In this document: positions 1 to 8,684 of the stretch, in pieces
Layout: each line of letters starts with the position of its first letter
Numbering within the stretch: position 1 is the first letter of the stretch
IMG/VR virus record: IMGVR_UViG_3300037462_000147
Span: 1 to 36,752 of that record
From: a virus
Taxonomy: Duplodnaviria; Caudoviricetes
Length of the DNA: 36,752 nt
Direction: 5' to 3' (one strand)
Translations under genes and position numbers: made by a program
The notes under the pieces: generated by a model
Seen by the model: the letters and a program-made list of their open reading frames with translations, nothing else
Database searches by the model: none
Told to the model about the DNA's origin: nothing

Positions 1-341
1 GGCGCGCAAAAACCGCGCTTGAGCGTCTTTAAGCTGTGGCGAGCAGCAGAATCACAGCCAAGGCATCCTCATCGTCTTGGTGCATCTGCTCAATGGCTGC
101 GGCTTGCAAGGCTTGTTCGGCCTGCGCTGCAACGATCTGCGCGGCAAGGAATGCGGACAGGCGCGCAGACTCTGCAGCACGTTCTGCGGCGCTCAGGGCG
201 CGATCAATCTGCGGGGCCTCAACCACAAGGCGCGGTGCGGGGGCCGATGCCTCTACAGGCGCGTCTAGCCCCAAGGCCTTGCGGGCCTCAATGCGCTTCT
301 TGTTGGAGACGCGAGGCACACCAAGCCAGTACAGCGGCTGG
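1..341. repeat. Direct repeat copy 1 (partner 35551-35891); closes the genome into a ~35,550-bp circle
   Basis: Manual alignment at offset 35550: identical over 1-127, then 15 substitutions (128,155,176,194,197,263,266,269,274,275,287,311,318,320,323); homology stops abruptly at 341. Confidence 0.97.
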
Positions 342-421
342 CTAGGAGGCGGAGGCGGAGGCGGGGCAACGCTCTGCCCTGCTCCGTCAATCAGCCCGGT
401 GGCGAGCAGAATTGAGATCAT
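29..421 (-). CDS. Putative virion-associated protein, allele A (poly-Pro linker, C-terminal DDEDALAVILLL)
   Basis: Lies between portal and scaffold on the circular map. Differences from the second copy are nearly all synonymous in this frame (only L/M and V/E change), which supports coding. Confidence 0.8.
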   Translation of the reverse strand: MISILLATGLIDGAGQSVAPPPPPPPSQPLYWLGVPRVSNKKRIEARKALGLDAPVEASAPAPRLVVEAPQIDRALSAAERAAESARLSAFLAAQIVAAQAEQALQAAAIEQMHQDDEDALAVILLLATA

Positions 422-423
422 GC

Positions 424-1578
424 TTAGACGGCCATCAACACAGAACCGATGCTGAAGCGGGTTTGTAGCGTCGCCCCGTTAGTGAAGCCCACGCGCACGT
501 AGCGCCAGCTCGGGCGATGCACGATCTCTGCATACTGGCCGCCACCTGTTACAGCGGCAGTTGCCACGCTCTTAGCGCGTCGCCAGTTCGTGTTATCCCG
601 GCTGACTTCAATCCACAGCGTGCCGGATTGGTCAGACTCAGCAGAAACGCGCACTTCTTTCGCGTAGGTCGCGGCGTTTGCAAATGCCGTTGCTGTCGCT
701 GTAACCGTCAGGTCGCGCGATGTGCCCGTAAACGTGGCGTTCGCCGCTAGGGCGGTAGCGCTGTCATCAAACCAGATGCCCGCGCCAGCAACAAAACCCA
801 CACGCGCCGTGCCTGCCACCAAAGCAGGCTGTGTAAAGCTGACCGGCTGCGTGCCGCTCACTTGTGCCGCAGGAATCGGCTCAGTGGCATACGGCGCGGG
901 CTGGACAATGAACGTTGCCGAGCCGGAAGTGATGGCGGTTGCGCGCACGCGGAACCAGTTCAGGCCGTTGACCGAGCATTCCCAGCCATACGCCGGGACG
1001 GCACTGAGTGCCCCGGTTGCGGTTTCCACCGTATTGGCGTTTGAGCGGATAGCCTGAAGCGTGAACCACACGCCGTCAGTGCCGTTGGTCGAGTTCAGCG
1101 AGCCCTCAAACGCGCAGTTGATGCCAGCCACCGCGCTCGGCACAGTCATCTGGATCATCACGTTGGACACGCGGGACACGTTCACAGCCACCTGGCCGTT
1201 GATGGCGGAGATTGCCCCGCTCGTGGACGCATAGCCCGCAGGCTGCGCAGCCACCTTCAGGCGGCCAAACTCGTCCATGTTGAGCGTTGTGTAGTCGCCA
1301 TCGTTGGACACGCTTGTGGTGTCGCTATCCCGCCGCTTTGCAAGCGCCAGAATGCCCAAATCCCCATTGGTGAATGGCGTGTCTGTGGCCTTGATCGACG
1401 TGCCCAGCGAAGTGAGTGCGGAATTGGCCACCGGCAACGGGTTGGCGTCGCTGACATCGTTGTAGACGCCATCTACGCCAAAACCGACCTTTGTGCGGGG
1501 GTGTTGGACGCCGCCGATGTCGTCGGACGCGAAGGTATCGCCGCCGCTGCCGGGGTTGGCTACGAAATTGTCAGCCAT
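424..1578 (-). CDS. Putative virion structural/decoration protein (Ala/Gly/Thr/Ser-rich, beta-rich)
   Basis: 384-aa ORF starting 3 nt after the portal stop; composition typical of head fibre/decoration proteins; function inferred. Confidence 0.6.
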   Translation of the reverse strand: MADNFVANPGSGGDTFASDDIGGVQHPRTKVGFGVDGVYNDVSDANPLPVANSALTSLGTSIKATDTPFTNGDLGILALAKRRDSDTTSVSNDGDYTTLNMDEFGRLKVAAQPAGYASTSGAISAINGQVAVNVSRVSNVMIQMTVPSAVAGINCAFEGSLNSTNGTDGVWFTLQAIRSNANTVETATGALSAVPAYGWECSVNGLNWFRVRATAITSGSATFIVQPAPYATEPIPAAQVSGTQPVSFTQPALVAGTARVGFVAGAGIWFDDSATALAANATFTGTSRDLTVTATATAFANAATYAKEVRVSAESDQSGTLWIEVSRDNTNWRRAKSVATAAVTGGGQYAEIVHRPSWRYVRVGFTNGATLQTRFSIGSVLMAV

Positions 1579-1581
1579 CGC

Positions 1582-3855
1582 TTACTCCGTTTGTGCGGCC
1601 ACGCCGCCGATTACTCGACCATCCGGGCCGCGCTGTAGACTGATCTGCACCGGGGGCTTGTTCTGCATGGATTGCGCGAGCATTGCCATGGCCTCGGCCT
1701 GCTGCTGCATCCCCAACTGAATGCGCTCACCCATGACAGCCAGCCCCTGGGCAAGAATTTCCTCTTCGCTCTGTCCTTGCTGCTCGGGCTCTTCAGCCTC
1801 GGGCATTTCCACGCCCTTAGACGCGGCCAGCGCAAGGATCATTGAGCGAATCTCGGCAATCTCTCCGCTGTTTTGCGGCATGGAGCGCTCCACAGCCTCG
1901 CGGCCCTCTTGAATTTGGGCCACTTGCACCTGTGCTTGTGCCTTGACGGCCTCTGCTTGCACCTTGGCCTCGGCATCAATCTGAGCTTTTTGCAGCTCTA
2001 CGGCTGCGCGGTCGGCTTCTTCCTGCAAACGTGCGATCTCGGCGTCTGCCTGCTGCATCATCTGCTGGGCTTGCATCAGGGCCTGCTCACGCTCCTGCAA
2101 TGCCTGCTGCATTTGGGTCATCATTACCCCGATTCCGCCGTCTTTGCCCTTTTCATCGGCCTGCAACTCAGGCGGCAGCAGCTTCTTGAGGCGGTCAGCC
2201 ATGGCTTGCGCGCCCGGCCAGTCCTGATTGCGCAGGTAGATGTCGCCAATCTGCGGGAACAGCGCCGGGTTAGCGCTCAGAATGTCGGTCATCGCCGCCA
2301 CAGATTCTTGGCGCTTGGTCGTGTAGCTTGCGCCTACAGTGATTGCCACGTCATAGCGGCCAAGATTCAGGTTCACCAGCTTGTTGCCCGCCGGGTCTTC
2401 GTACATTGGCGCGGGCATGTTGGGATCAATCTCCACGCTGTCAGCCGATCCGTCCTCCCCAAGAATGCGCAGCACGCGGGGCGTGTCGTAAATCTTGGGG
2501 ATCATGTCCACAATCACGCGCCCGGTCTGCCGGATGGCGCGGGCCATGTTGTCCAGGAAGTGATACGTCGCGGTGTCGCCTTCCTGTTGGCGTGCAAGGA
2601 TGGCGCGGCCGCTCTGCTCGTTGCTCTTGGCCCCGAATGAGGCTGCGTGCTGGCCGGTGACCCACTGCAAGTCCTCTGCGGCCTGCTGCATGGTCTGGAA
2701 TGCGCCGGTCGGGATCGTGGGCGGGCTCTGCCGCTGCGGCGGTGGCATGGGCGTGCCGTTTACGTCAATCGGCTCGTATTCGAGGTAAGCGTGGTTCTCG
2801 ACGTTGGCCGTGCCCCAGCGATCTTCCACGCCCTCAAACTGGCCCTTTGCGCCGATGTACGGGGCTTTGGGCTGCATGGTGACCTGCTCAACCACCGTGC
2901 TCAGAAAGTAGTTGTAGGTGCGCTGCGGGTCCATGGCGTCATGCGTCAGGCCGCGCCACTGCTGCACGCCGTCCACGTCCACTTGGTCGCCAATGACGCG
3001 CACGACGCCGAGCCACTTGGACGGCCACAAGCGGGCCTCCAGCACGTCGTCGCCGCCGATCTTGAACCACTGCACCTCTCGGCGCTTGCCGGGGCGCTCG
3101 TCAACCACCACCTCACCCGGCTGCACCTCGTCCTTGACCTTGACCGAGCCGTCAGCCATCAGGCACAGGGTTACGGATTTGTGAATGACGCGGTGATACT
3201 CCACCACGCGCACGGTGTCCTCGTCCCACCAGCCGCGTTTGTCCGGGCCAAGACTCCAGCCTGCCGTATCGGCCTTCGGGTATTCAGCCTCAAAATCCTC
3301 TTTGGGCATCCGGTCTTCGATGAACACATAGCGCGCATCGCTGCCGTCCATTTCTTTGGACATGGGGTCGAACCAGACCGACAGCGGGTTGAGCACCTGC
3401 TGCACCACAATGTCTTGCTCAAACGCGGTGTCATCGCAGTAGTCAGTCAGGATGCGCCAGTAGCCTTGATTGCCGGCCACAGCGGTAAAGCAGGCCGTCT
3501 CAAAGGCGGTGTCTGAGTTGGACGATTGCAGGATGTTGCGGATCAGGCCGTCATAGATTTCGGCCACTTCCTGCGTGCCTTCGCGTGCCGGGCGAACCTT
3601 GATGCTCGGCTTGTTCTGCCGGAAGTCGTTCACCACTTGGCGCACATGCGGGGCCGTGCGGTTGACAGTCAGGCAGGGGCGATTGCGGCGCGCAGCCTTG
3701 ATCTTGTCATCCCACTGCTCACCCTGCACGAACTTGATCGCGTCAAGGTAGGCTTGGCGGTTCTTGGAGTGCGCGTTCTCGCACTCCTCAAAGCGCTTCT
3801 TGGCCTCCTCAACCACCTTCTTTTCGTCGTACTCGAAATCTACGCGCTCATCCAT
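1582..3855 (-). CDS. Portal protein, P22 gp1-like
   Basis: 757 aa directly after TerL; motifs GEQW..RPCLTVN, DPQRTYNY, SGRAILARQ, GRYDV..G.SY.TKRQE; long Gln-rich C-terminal helical barrel. Confidence 0.92.
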   Translation of the reverse strand: MDERVDFEYDEKKVVEEAKKRFEECENAHSKNRQAYLDAIKFVQGEQWDDKIKAARRNRPCLTVNRTAPHVRQVVNDFRQNKPSIKVRPAREGTQEVAEIYDGLIRNILQSSNSDTAFETACFTAVAGNQGYWRILTDYCDDTAFEQDIVVQQVLNPLSVWFDPMSKEMDGSDARYVFIEDRMPKEDFEAEYPKADTAGWSLGPDKRGWWDEDTVRVVEYHRVIHKSVTLCLMADGSVKVKDEVQPGEVVVDERPGKRREVQWFKIGGDDVLEARLWPSKWLGVVRVIGDQVDVDGVQQWRGLTHDAMDPQRTYNYFLSTVVEQVTMQPKAPYIGAKGQFEGVEDRWGTANVENHAYLEYEPIDVNGTPMPPPQRQSPPTIPTGAFQTMQQAAEDLQWVTGQHAASFGAKSNEQSGRAILARQQEGDTATYHFLDNMARAIRQTGRVIVDMIPKIYDTPRVLRILGEDGSADSVEIDPNMPAPMYEDPAGNKLVNLNLGRYDVAITVGASYTTKRQESVAAMTDILSANPALFPQIGDIYLRNQDWPGAQAMADRLKKLLPPELQADEKGKDGGIGVMMTQMQQALQEREQALMQAQQMMQQADAEIARLQEEADRAAVELQKAQIDAEAKVQAEAVKAQAQVQVAQIQEGREAVERSMPQNSGEIAEIRSMILALAASKGVEMPEAEEPEQQGQSEEEILAQGLAVMGERIQLGMQQQAEAMAMLAQSMQNKPPVQISLQRGPDGRVIGGVAAQTE

Positions 3856-5186
3856 GACGTTGCACCTTGATAAACGGGCTGATAGGCCCGGACGGGCTTA
3901 GGTTCGGTTTGCGGCTTTGTGAGGCCGGGGAATAGTTCAGTCAGCGCCCACACCAGCGCATCAGCGCGGTTCGGTGAGCCTTTGCCGCTGTAGCCGTAGG
4001 TACTGAAGGCGGTCAGCTCATCCTCAAGCTCGCGGAAGTCGCCCACATGGCGCACCTTCCCGGTCTCGTACAGGCTGCTGCAGGGCTCGGCGCGAACCAC
4101 CTTGCCCCGGCTGGCTGTGACCTTCTTGAACGGCGTACGGGGGCGTGCGGTCTGCACCACATGGCGCACCATGTCGCCGCCGTAGTTCGTTTCACCCACG
4201 ACCACATCCGCTTGGTGCCGGTCATATGCGCTGGCAACTACTTGGCCCCAAGTCGAGGGGCCAGCCTTGACGGTGCAGTCTTCCAACACGTACGCATTTC
4301 CGTCCGTGCCAAGGCCAACAACCACAATGCCGATCGCGTCGTTGTCTTGGTTGTCCACATCGCCAGAGCCGGACGGGTCAACAGCCACGACTACACGCAC
4401 CATGTCAGGCACGCGGCCATCGATCACGCGCCATTTGTCCAGCGTTTCGTCTGCGAATAGCGCGTTCGGGTTGGCGTCGGCAAACTCGCCTTTGAGGAAT
4501 CGCTTCTGGAGCCGCGCCGACATGCTGCCGAGCATTGATAGATACTCAGGCGACAGGTTCTCTGCGTTGTCCTGCGGGTTGATCTGGAAATAGGCGTAAT
4601 CGCCGGGCTGAGGCAAAGCCACCTTCGTGTCCGGATCGATCTTCTGGACGAACCGCTTGTAGGTCCAGTGCGCTTTGCTTGGCGGGTTGCAGTCGTAATA
4701 GGCCCGCGTCTTCATCAGCACAGGTGCGCGGCCTTCGATGTGCTGATACGCACGCTGAGCCAGTCGAGTAAGCGCAGTGTCAACCGATGCAAGCGGAATC
4801 TGGCTGCACTCGTTGAAGTACAGCGTCACGAACTCTTGGCCGAGAATCTTTTCGGTGCGGTCTTTGTCATCCAGCCCGGCAAACCAGATTTGCGAGCCGT
4901 TGCCTAACTCTGCGTAGCCGTCCTGCGCGTGCATCTGATACTCGACCCCAGGGAACATGGCCCGCATCACCTTGGGGAAGGTGTCCAGAACGATTGACGC
5001 CTTCAGATGGTTGTATCGGAATCGGAAGATCGCGTGGCGAGACTCGGGAGACTTGAGCGCCCGAAACACCACATTGCGGGTCAGCAAGAAGGTTTTACCG
5101 CTACGCGAACCGCCAAAGAGCATGCAGTGCGTGGCGTCACCCGCCAGCACCGATTGGGCTTGCTGCTGCTTGGGCGTCAGGCTCAC
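3840..5186 (-). CDS. terL: Terminase large subunit
   Basis: Walker A GGSRSGKT, Walker B-like LYFNEC, coupling motif DCNP, RNase H-like nuclease VAVDPS...PNRADALVWA. Confidence 0.95.
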   Translation of the reverse strand: MSLTPKQQQAQSVLAGDATHCMLFGGSRSGKTFLLTRNVVFRALKSPESRHAIFRFRYNHLKASIVLDTFPKVMRAMFPGVEYQMHAQDGYAELGNGSQIWFAGLDDKDRTEKILGQEFVTLYFNECSQIPLASVDTALTRLAQRAYQHIEGRAPVLMKTRAYYDCNPPSKAHWTYKRFVQKIDPDTKVALPQPGDYAYFQINPQDNAENLSPEYLSMLGSMSARLQKRFLKGEFADANPNALFADETLDKWRVIDGRVPDMVRVVVAVDPSGSGDVDNQDNDAIGIVVVGLGTDGNAYVLEDCTVKAGPSTWGQVVASAYDRHQADVVVGETNYGGDMVRHVVQTARPRTPFKKVTASRGKVVRAEPCSSLYETGKVRHVGDFRELEDELTAFSTYGYSGKGSPNRADALVWALTELFPGLTKPQTEPKPVRAYQPVYQGATSWMSA

Positions 5187-5479
5187 AGGGCTTCATCCTG
5201 CGAGGTCGCCATGATCCGAACCGGGCCGCCGCCGTCGCCCACATGCTCAGTGCGCGCTAGCTTCGGGACGTGGTACTCGACTACATCCATGAAGCAACGA
5301 AACGCCGCCTCTGCACCCTTTTCCTGCGCAATCTCGTCCAGCCAACCTTCCAGTCGGTGAGCATTGCCATCTACAAAGCGTGCAATCGCCTCCCGAGCAA
5401 GCACTGTGGTCTTGTTCGGTCCGCGCTTTCCTTGGTTCGGCTTTTTCTGGCCTTTGACAAAACGTCCGCCGTTTGACAT
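5183..5479 (-). CDS. terS: Terminase small subunit
   Basis: 98 aa overlapping the TerL start; basic N-terminus with GPNKTT motif and C-terminal EHVGDGGGPV, typical of TerS. Confidence 0.8.
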   Translation of the reverse strand: MSNGGRFVKGQKKPNQGKRGPNKTTVLAREAIARFVDGNAHRLEGWLDEIAQEKGAEAAFRCFMDVVEYHVPKLARTEHVGDGGGPVRIMATSQDEAL

Positions 5480-5505
5480 AGGTTCCCACCCATGAACACA
5501 CCTCT

Positions 5506-5546
5506 ACTGTGCATTGGTTGGCTGCGCTAGAACCGCGCTCAAGCGT
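5506..5546 (-). promoter_or_regulatory. Candidate activator-dependent late promoter for terS
   Basis: Minus-strand ACGCTTGAGCGCG (5546-5534) with -10-like CACAGT (5511-5506) at the same spacing as at the other late sites. Confidence 0.7.
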
Positions 5547-5886
5547 TTTTATGCAGCCCGAGCGTGAGTTGTTCCCATGTCATGCCGCCTTGAATCACCC
5601 TGTGCGGCTTTCGATACTTGCGCCTGCTCCACTTGCCGAAGAATGCAATCTCTGCAACGCGCATCGGCGGTTCCCTGTCAAAAATGACTTTGTAGAACGC
5701 GCACAGGCGCTCACCGTCTGAGTGGTTCGGCTCTGCGCCGTGGTTGAACCATTTGCGGATCGTGCTCTCTCGCTTGTTCAGTGCTTCGGCAATCTGAGCG
5801 TGCGTTACCCCTGCCCGGCGAAAATCCATTGCCAGGCGGTGCCAGTCATGCAGGCGTTCAACGGGGCCGCGCTCGCTCTTGCGCAT
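5539..5886 (-). CDS. HTH DNA-binding protein; candidate late-gene activator
   Basis: HTH-like segment GVTHAQIAEALNKRESTIRKW; last early gene before terS (Q-like position); ATG overlaps the upstream TAA. Confidence 0.7.
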   Translation of the reverse strand: MRKSERGPVERLHDWHRLAMDFRRAGVTHAQIAEALNKRESTIRKWFNHGAEPNHSDGERLCAFYKVIFDREPPMRVAEIAFFGKWSRRKYRKPHRVIQGGMTWEQLTLGLHKNA

Positions 5887-6194
5887 TAGACACGCACCAT
5901 CAGCAGCGGTTCTGCCTGAATCTCCCGGAATCCGAGCCGGGCATACCAAGCGCGCAGGGCTTCCGGCGTCATATCACCCTCTGGCTTCACATGCACTAGT
6001 ACGGCCTTGCCCTTCTTGCGTGCCTTGTCCTGAATCCGCGCCATCAGGGCAGACCCGTAACCCTTGCGGCGGTCTTCTGGCGGCACATACAGGCCGGTCA
6101 CTTGCCAGACCTTGCCGTGCAGTGCTTCCGGCCAGTCGGGTGAATCCATGTCGTGGATGTTGGCTTCGGCGGTTGCGTAGGTTTCAGTTTTCAT
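5886..6194 (-). CDS. GNAT-family acetyltransferase
   Basis: Motif A LYVPPEDRRKGYGSALM and motif B WYARLGF; coupled ATG at 6194. Confidence 0.85.
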   Translation of the reverse strand: MKTETYATAEANIHDMDSPDWPEALHGKVWQVTGLYVPPEDRRKGYGSALMARIQDKARKKGKAVLVHVKPEGDMTPEALRAWYARLGFREIQAEPLLMVRV

Positions 6195-6424
6195 TGCTGC
6201 TCCTTCACCGGGAACCATGTCCGCGCTTTGCCCTGCATCGGGCCGATTCTGAGCAGGCCGCGCTTAACTAGGCGATCCATGACGCGCCTGATCGTGAACG
6301 CATCCTCTGCCATGGCGTAGCGGCCTGTTCCCTTGATCGTCTTTGCTGTGGGCATCACGCCCGCGCCTGCGAATCTGCGCACGCGGATCAGTACGCGGCG
6401 CTCTAGTGGGTTGTCAGTCATCAC
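6191..6424 (-). CDS. Small putative winged-helix protein
   Basis: Coupled start/stop overlaps; IRRVMDRLVKRGLLR resembles a wHTH recognition helix and wing. Confidence 0.55.
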   Translation of the reverse strand: MMTDNPLERRVLIRVRRFAGAGVMPTAKTIKGTGRYAMAEDAFTIRRVMDRLVKRGLLRIGPMQGKARTWFPVKEQQ

Positions 6425-6621
6425 TGCTTTGCAGGCTCTTCGCCTACCTGTTCAAGTTCCTTGATTGCCACCCGTAGCGCAGCCAGTGCGCCCGGTACAC
6501 CTGATTTGCACAGCGCGCGGATGGATACATCGCCCTCGTCGCTGAACGTAATCAATACGGCATTGTCACTTACGGCCATTTGGACTGCCATGCAGGTGAG
6601 TTGTTCGGTGTGGTCGGTCAT
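6421..6621 (-). CDS. Hypothetical protein
   Basis: ATGA overlap; GGAGG RBS upstream. Confidence 0.65.
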   Translation of the reverse strand: MTDHTEQLTCMAVQMAVSDNAVLITFSDEGDVSIRALCKSGVPGALAALRVAIKELEQVGEEPAKQ

Positions 6622-6977
6622 GCCTCCTCCATCGCTTTAAGTGCGTGCATCACCGTTGCCCGGTCTCTTGGTGCCGCAAGCGTGTCCAGATACAGCGCAA
6701 GCCATGCCTGCACCTGTCGGCTGTGCGCGGCCTCGAATGCCTGGCGCTTCTCGTCCCTGCTGGCTGGGCCTTGGTCTAGCCAATGGTGGCAGCTTGAACA
6801 CCCGCAGACCGCCCAGTAGTCGTGCGCCTTGATGCTGCGCCCTTTGCCGTGCTTCTGCTCGTTGCTGTGGCAGGCGACAGTCGTAGACCAGTCACCATTG
6901 CAGACACCGGGAATCCGCAGCAGGCAGGGTTTGCCTTGGGCCATGCGCAACAGGTGCGAATTGCGGTAGTTAGCCAC
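6618..6977 (-). CDS. DUF1364/YbcO-like Zn-binding putative nuclease (nin region)
   Basis: A.GKPCLLRIPGVC...TTVACH...GKGRSIKAHD...CSSCH signature; GTG start inferred. Confidence 0.85.
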   Translation of the reverse strand: MANYRNSHLLRMAQGKPCLLRIPGVCNGDWSTTVACHSNEQKHGKGRSIKAHDYWAVCGCSSCHHWLDQGPASRDEKRQAFEAAHSRQVQAWLALYLDTLAAPRDRATVMHALKAMEEA

Positions 6978-7167
6978 TCGGCCCATCCAGCGATGCAAAC
7001 AAGGCGTCTACGGCTTGATGCAGCGCGTCCTTGGCTTTGAGCACTTTTTCGTCCACCTCGCGCACGCCAGTAATCGACGCGTGCACTAGAACTTGGCTTG
7101 AAGCAATCAATATGCCCAGCGTCTTGCTGTTCATTACTGCACGATTAAATTCGTCCAAATCTTTCAC
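6970..7167 (-). CDS. Hypothetical protein
   Basis: Fills the gap with coupled overlaps; GGAGG RBS. Confidence 0.6.
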   Translation of the reverse strand: MKDLDEFNRAVMNSKTLGILIASSQVLVHASITGVREVDEKVLKAKDALHQAVDALFASLDGPSG

Positions 7168-7451
7168 TTCATCACCTCCCGCGCCTCTTCAATGCTGCGC
7201 ACGATCTCAACCCGCACGCCTTTGGCAATCAGCAAACGCGCCCATCTCGCCCACCACGCCTGCTGCTCCGGTGTCAGCACGTTGTTTCCGTCCTTCACTT
7301 CGAGATACGCCAGCACATCGGTTGCAGGGTTATGTACGAACAGGTCCGGTATGCCGTTGCCCACAGCGCTCAGGTCATCGACAGTGCAGCCGTCTGCGCG
7401 TAGGGCATCGCGAATGTCGGCGTGGTTGCGGTCGGTGCGTTTAGCTCTCAC
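7164..7451 (-). CDS. PD-(D/E)xK nuclease, VRR-NUC / Holliday-junction-resolvase-like
   Basis: D.NH..I..ALR..G..V.DL..VG.GIPDL...LEVK...LTPEQ. Confidence 0.85.
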   Translation of the reverse strand: MRAKRTDRNHADIRDALRADGCTVDDLSAVGNGIPDLFVHNPATDVLAYLEVKDGNNVLTPEQQAWWARWARLLIAKGVRVEIVRSIEEAREVMK

Positions 7452-7639
7452 TCCCGCTCCTCCACCACTTCAGCCGGTGGCCGCACGCCTTCAATCTGCG
7501 CGCAGCCACTGAAATGCAGTGCGATAGATTGGCCGCCTGAAATCTTGCGCAAGCTTTCAACGAATTCCACGCCATCATCCCAATCGGCTACGGCAGCGTG
7601 CACGATGGTGTCCGGGCCTATGTGCGCCTCAATCTTCAT
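7448..7639 (-). CDS. Hypothetical protein
   Basis: Coupled overlaps within the operon. Confidence 0.55.
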   Translation of the reverse strand: MKIEAHIGPDTIVHAAVADWDDGVEFVESLRKISGGQSIALHFSGCAQIEGVRPPAEVVEERE

Positions 7640-7833
7640 GTCCAGTCCACTTTCCTCTCAAAGCACTCAAACCGGGGCTTGAGCGGTGCCAGATCGGCAT
7701 CTTTCATGATCGAGTGCGATGCATTGGCTCTTCGGGCGTCTGCGTGGCACTCTGCAAGGGTCTTGTATGCAGCCACTGGGTGCGGGGCCATCTGCGGATC
7801 TGCGGTCAGTACAAGCATCAAGATGAAGTTCAT
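7636..7833 (-). CDS. Small protein with hydrophobic N-terminus and Cys pair (possibly exported)
   Basis: ATG overlaps the upstream TGA; MNFILMLVL...LAEC...FEC. Confidence 0.6.
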   Translation of the reverse strand: MNFILMLVLTADPQMAPHPVAAYKTLAECHADARRANASHSIMKDADLAPLKPRFECFERKVDWT

Positions 7834-8144
7834 GCCGCTTCCCACCCTTTCACGGTTAGCCCGTTGCTGCGATTACGCCATGTCGTGGGCTTTGCCACGC
7901 CGCTTGCCACTAAATCGGCCATGACTTGCGCGGCCAGAGCACTGCCTGTGCCTACGTGTTTCGTCAGCCAGTTTATGGTGATCTTGTCGCCGTTTGCCAG
8001 TCTCTCTGCGCATATTGAGTACAGCTCGCGCTTACGGATTACGGCATTGCGGGCGCGGGCTGCTGCGTAGGCGTTGCGTACATTTGGAGGCGCAGGGTTG
8101 AAGCCTTGGGCCTGCTGCATGAGGTGGGCTATGGCGAGGCTCAT
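7830..8144 (-). CDS. Hypothetical protein, possible C-terminal winged helix
   Basis: ATG at 8144 overlaps the upstream stop. Confidence 0.55.
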   Translation of the reverse strand: MSLAIAHLMQQAQGFNPAPPNVRNAYAAARARNAVIRKRELYSICAERLANGDKITINWLTKHVGTGSALAAQVMADLVASGVAKPTTWRNRSNGLTVKGWEAA

Positions 8145-8353
8145 TGCTGCTGCCCCAAAGCCATCAATGCCTGGACTCCGGTTACAACCGCCGCAAAGGC
8201 CACAGCCGCCGCAGTTATCAAAACGGTCCACACATACGGCACAAGTGCCCAGTGGTCACGGTCGGGCGCGTGCACTCCAATAGCCCAAAACGGGAACCAC
8301 AAGGCCCCGAAGAACACAGCCACGCTTGCGGCCAGCTTGATGTAGTGTTTCAT
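8141..8353 (-). CDS. Small two-TM membrane protein
   Basis: Two hydrophobic segments; GGAGGAG RBS. Confidence 0.65.
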   Translation of the reverse strand: MKHYIKLAASVAVFFGALWFPFWAIGVHAPDRDHWALVPYVWTVLITAAAVAFAAVVTGVQALMALGQQQ

Positions 8354-8454
8354 TGCTCCTCCGGCTCCGGCTTCGGCTCAGGCGTTGCCCATATCCAGCT
8401 CACATCAACCACGCGGTCTGCGAGTTCAATTTCGTCAATGTTGGGTGGGGTCAT
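8350..8454 (-). CDS. 34-aa hypothetical protein (MTPPNIDEIELADRVVDVSWIWATPEPKPEPEEQ)
   Basis: Read manually; fills the gap exactly with ATGA overlaps at both ends. Confidence 0.55.
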   Translation of the reverse strand: MTPPNIDEIELADRVVDVSWIWATPEPKPEPEEQ

Positions 8455-8684
8455 GCGCTTCCCTTTCGTCCATTTGCCCGCTCAAGTGCGCGCTTGATGA
8501 TCTGCTGCTTGACCTCCGGTTTTTTCAGGTACTCCACGATTCCCATCCAGTGGTCTGCGGCCTTGTCGTTGCGGTCGCGCATGTCTTCCATGAACCGAAT
8601 AGCGCGCACCCAAAGCCAAGCGAAACCGAGCAAGCCAACCCACGGAAATAAAACAGCCCATAAGGGCAAAGTGACTACGATCAC
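8451..8684 (-). CDS. Small protein with N-terminal TM helix
   Basis: Hydrophobic N-terminus; coupled overlaps; GGAGG RBS. Confidence 0.6.
   Translation of the reverse strand: MIVVTLPLWAVLFPWVGLLGFAWLWVRAIRFMEDMRDRNDKAADHWMGIVEYLKKPEVKQQIIKRALERANGRKGSA

Noticed and set aside
1-341. Physical terminal direct repeat of the virion DNA
   Set aside because: The second copy is internal, carries 15 mostly synonymous differences and continues into different genes; allelic variation at a circular junction explains it better.
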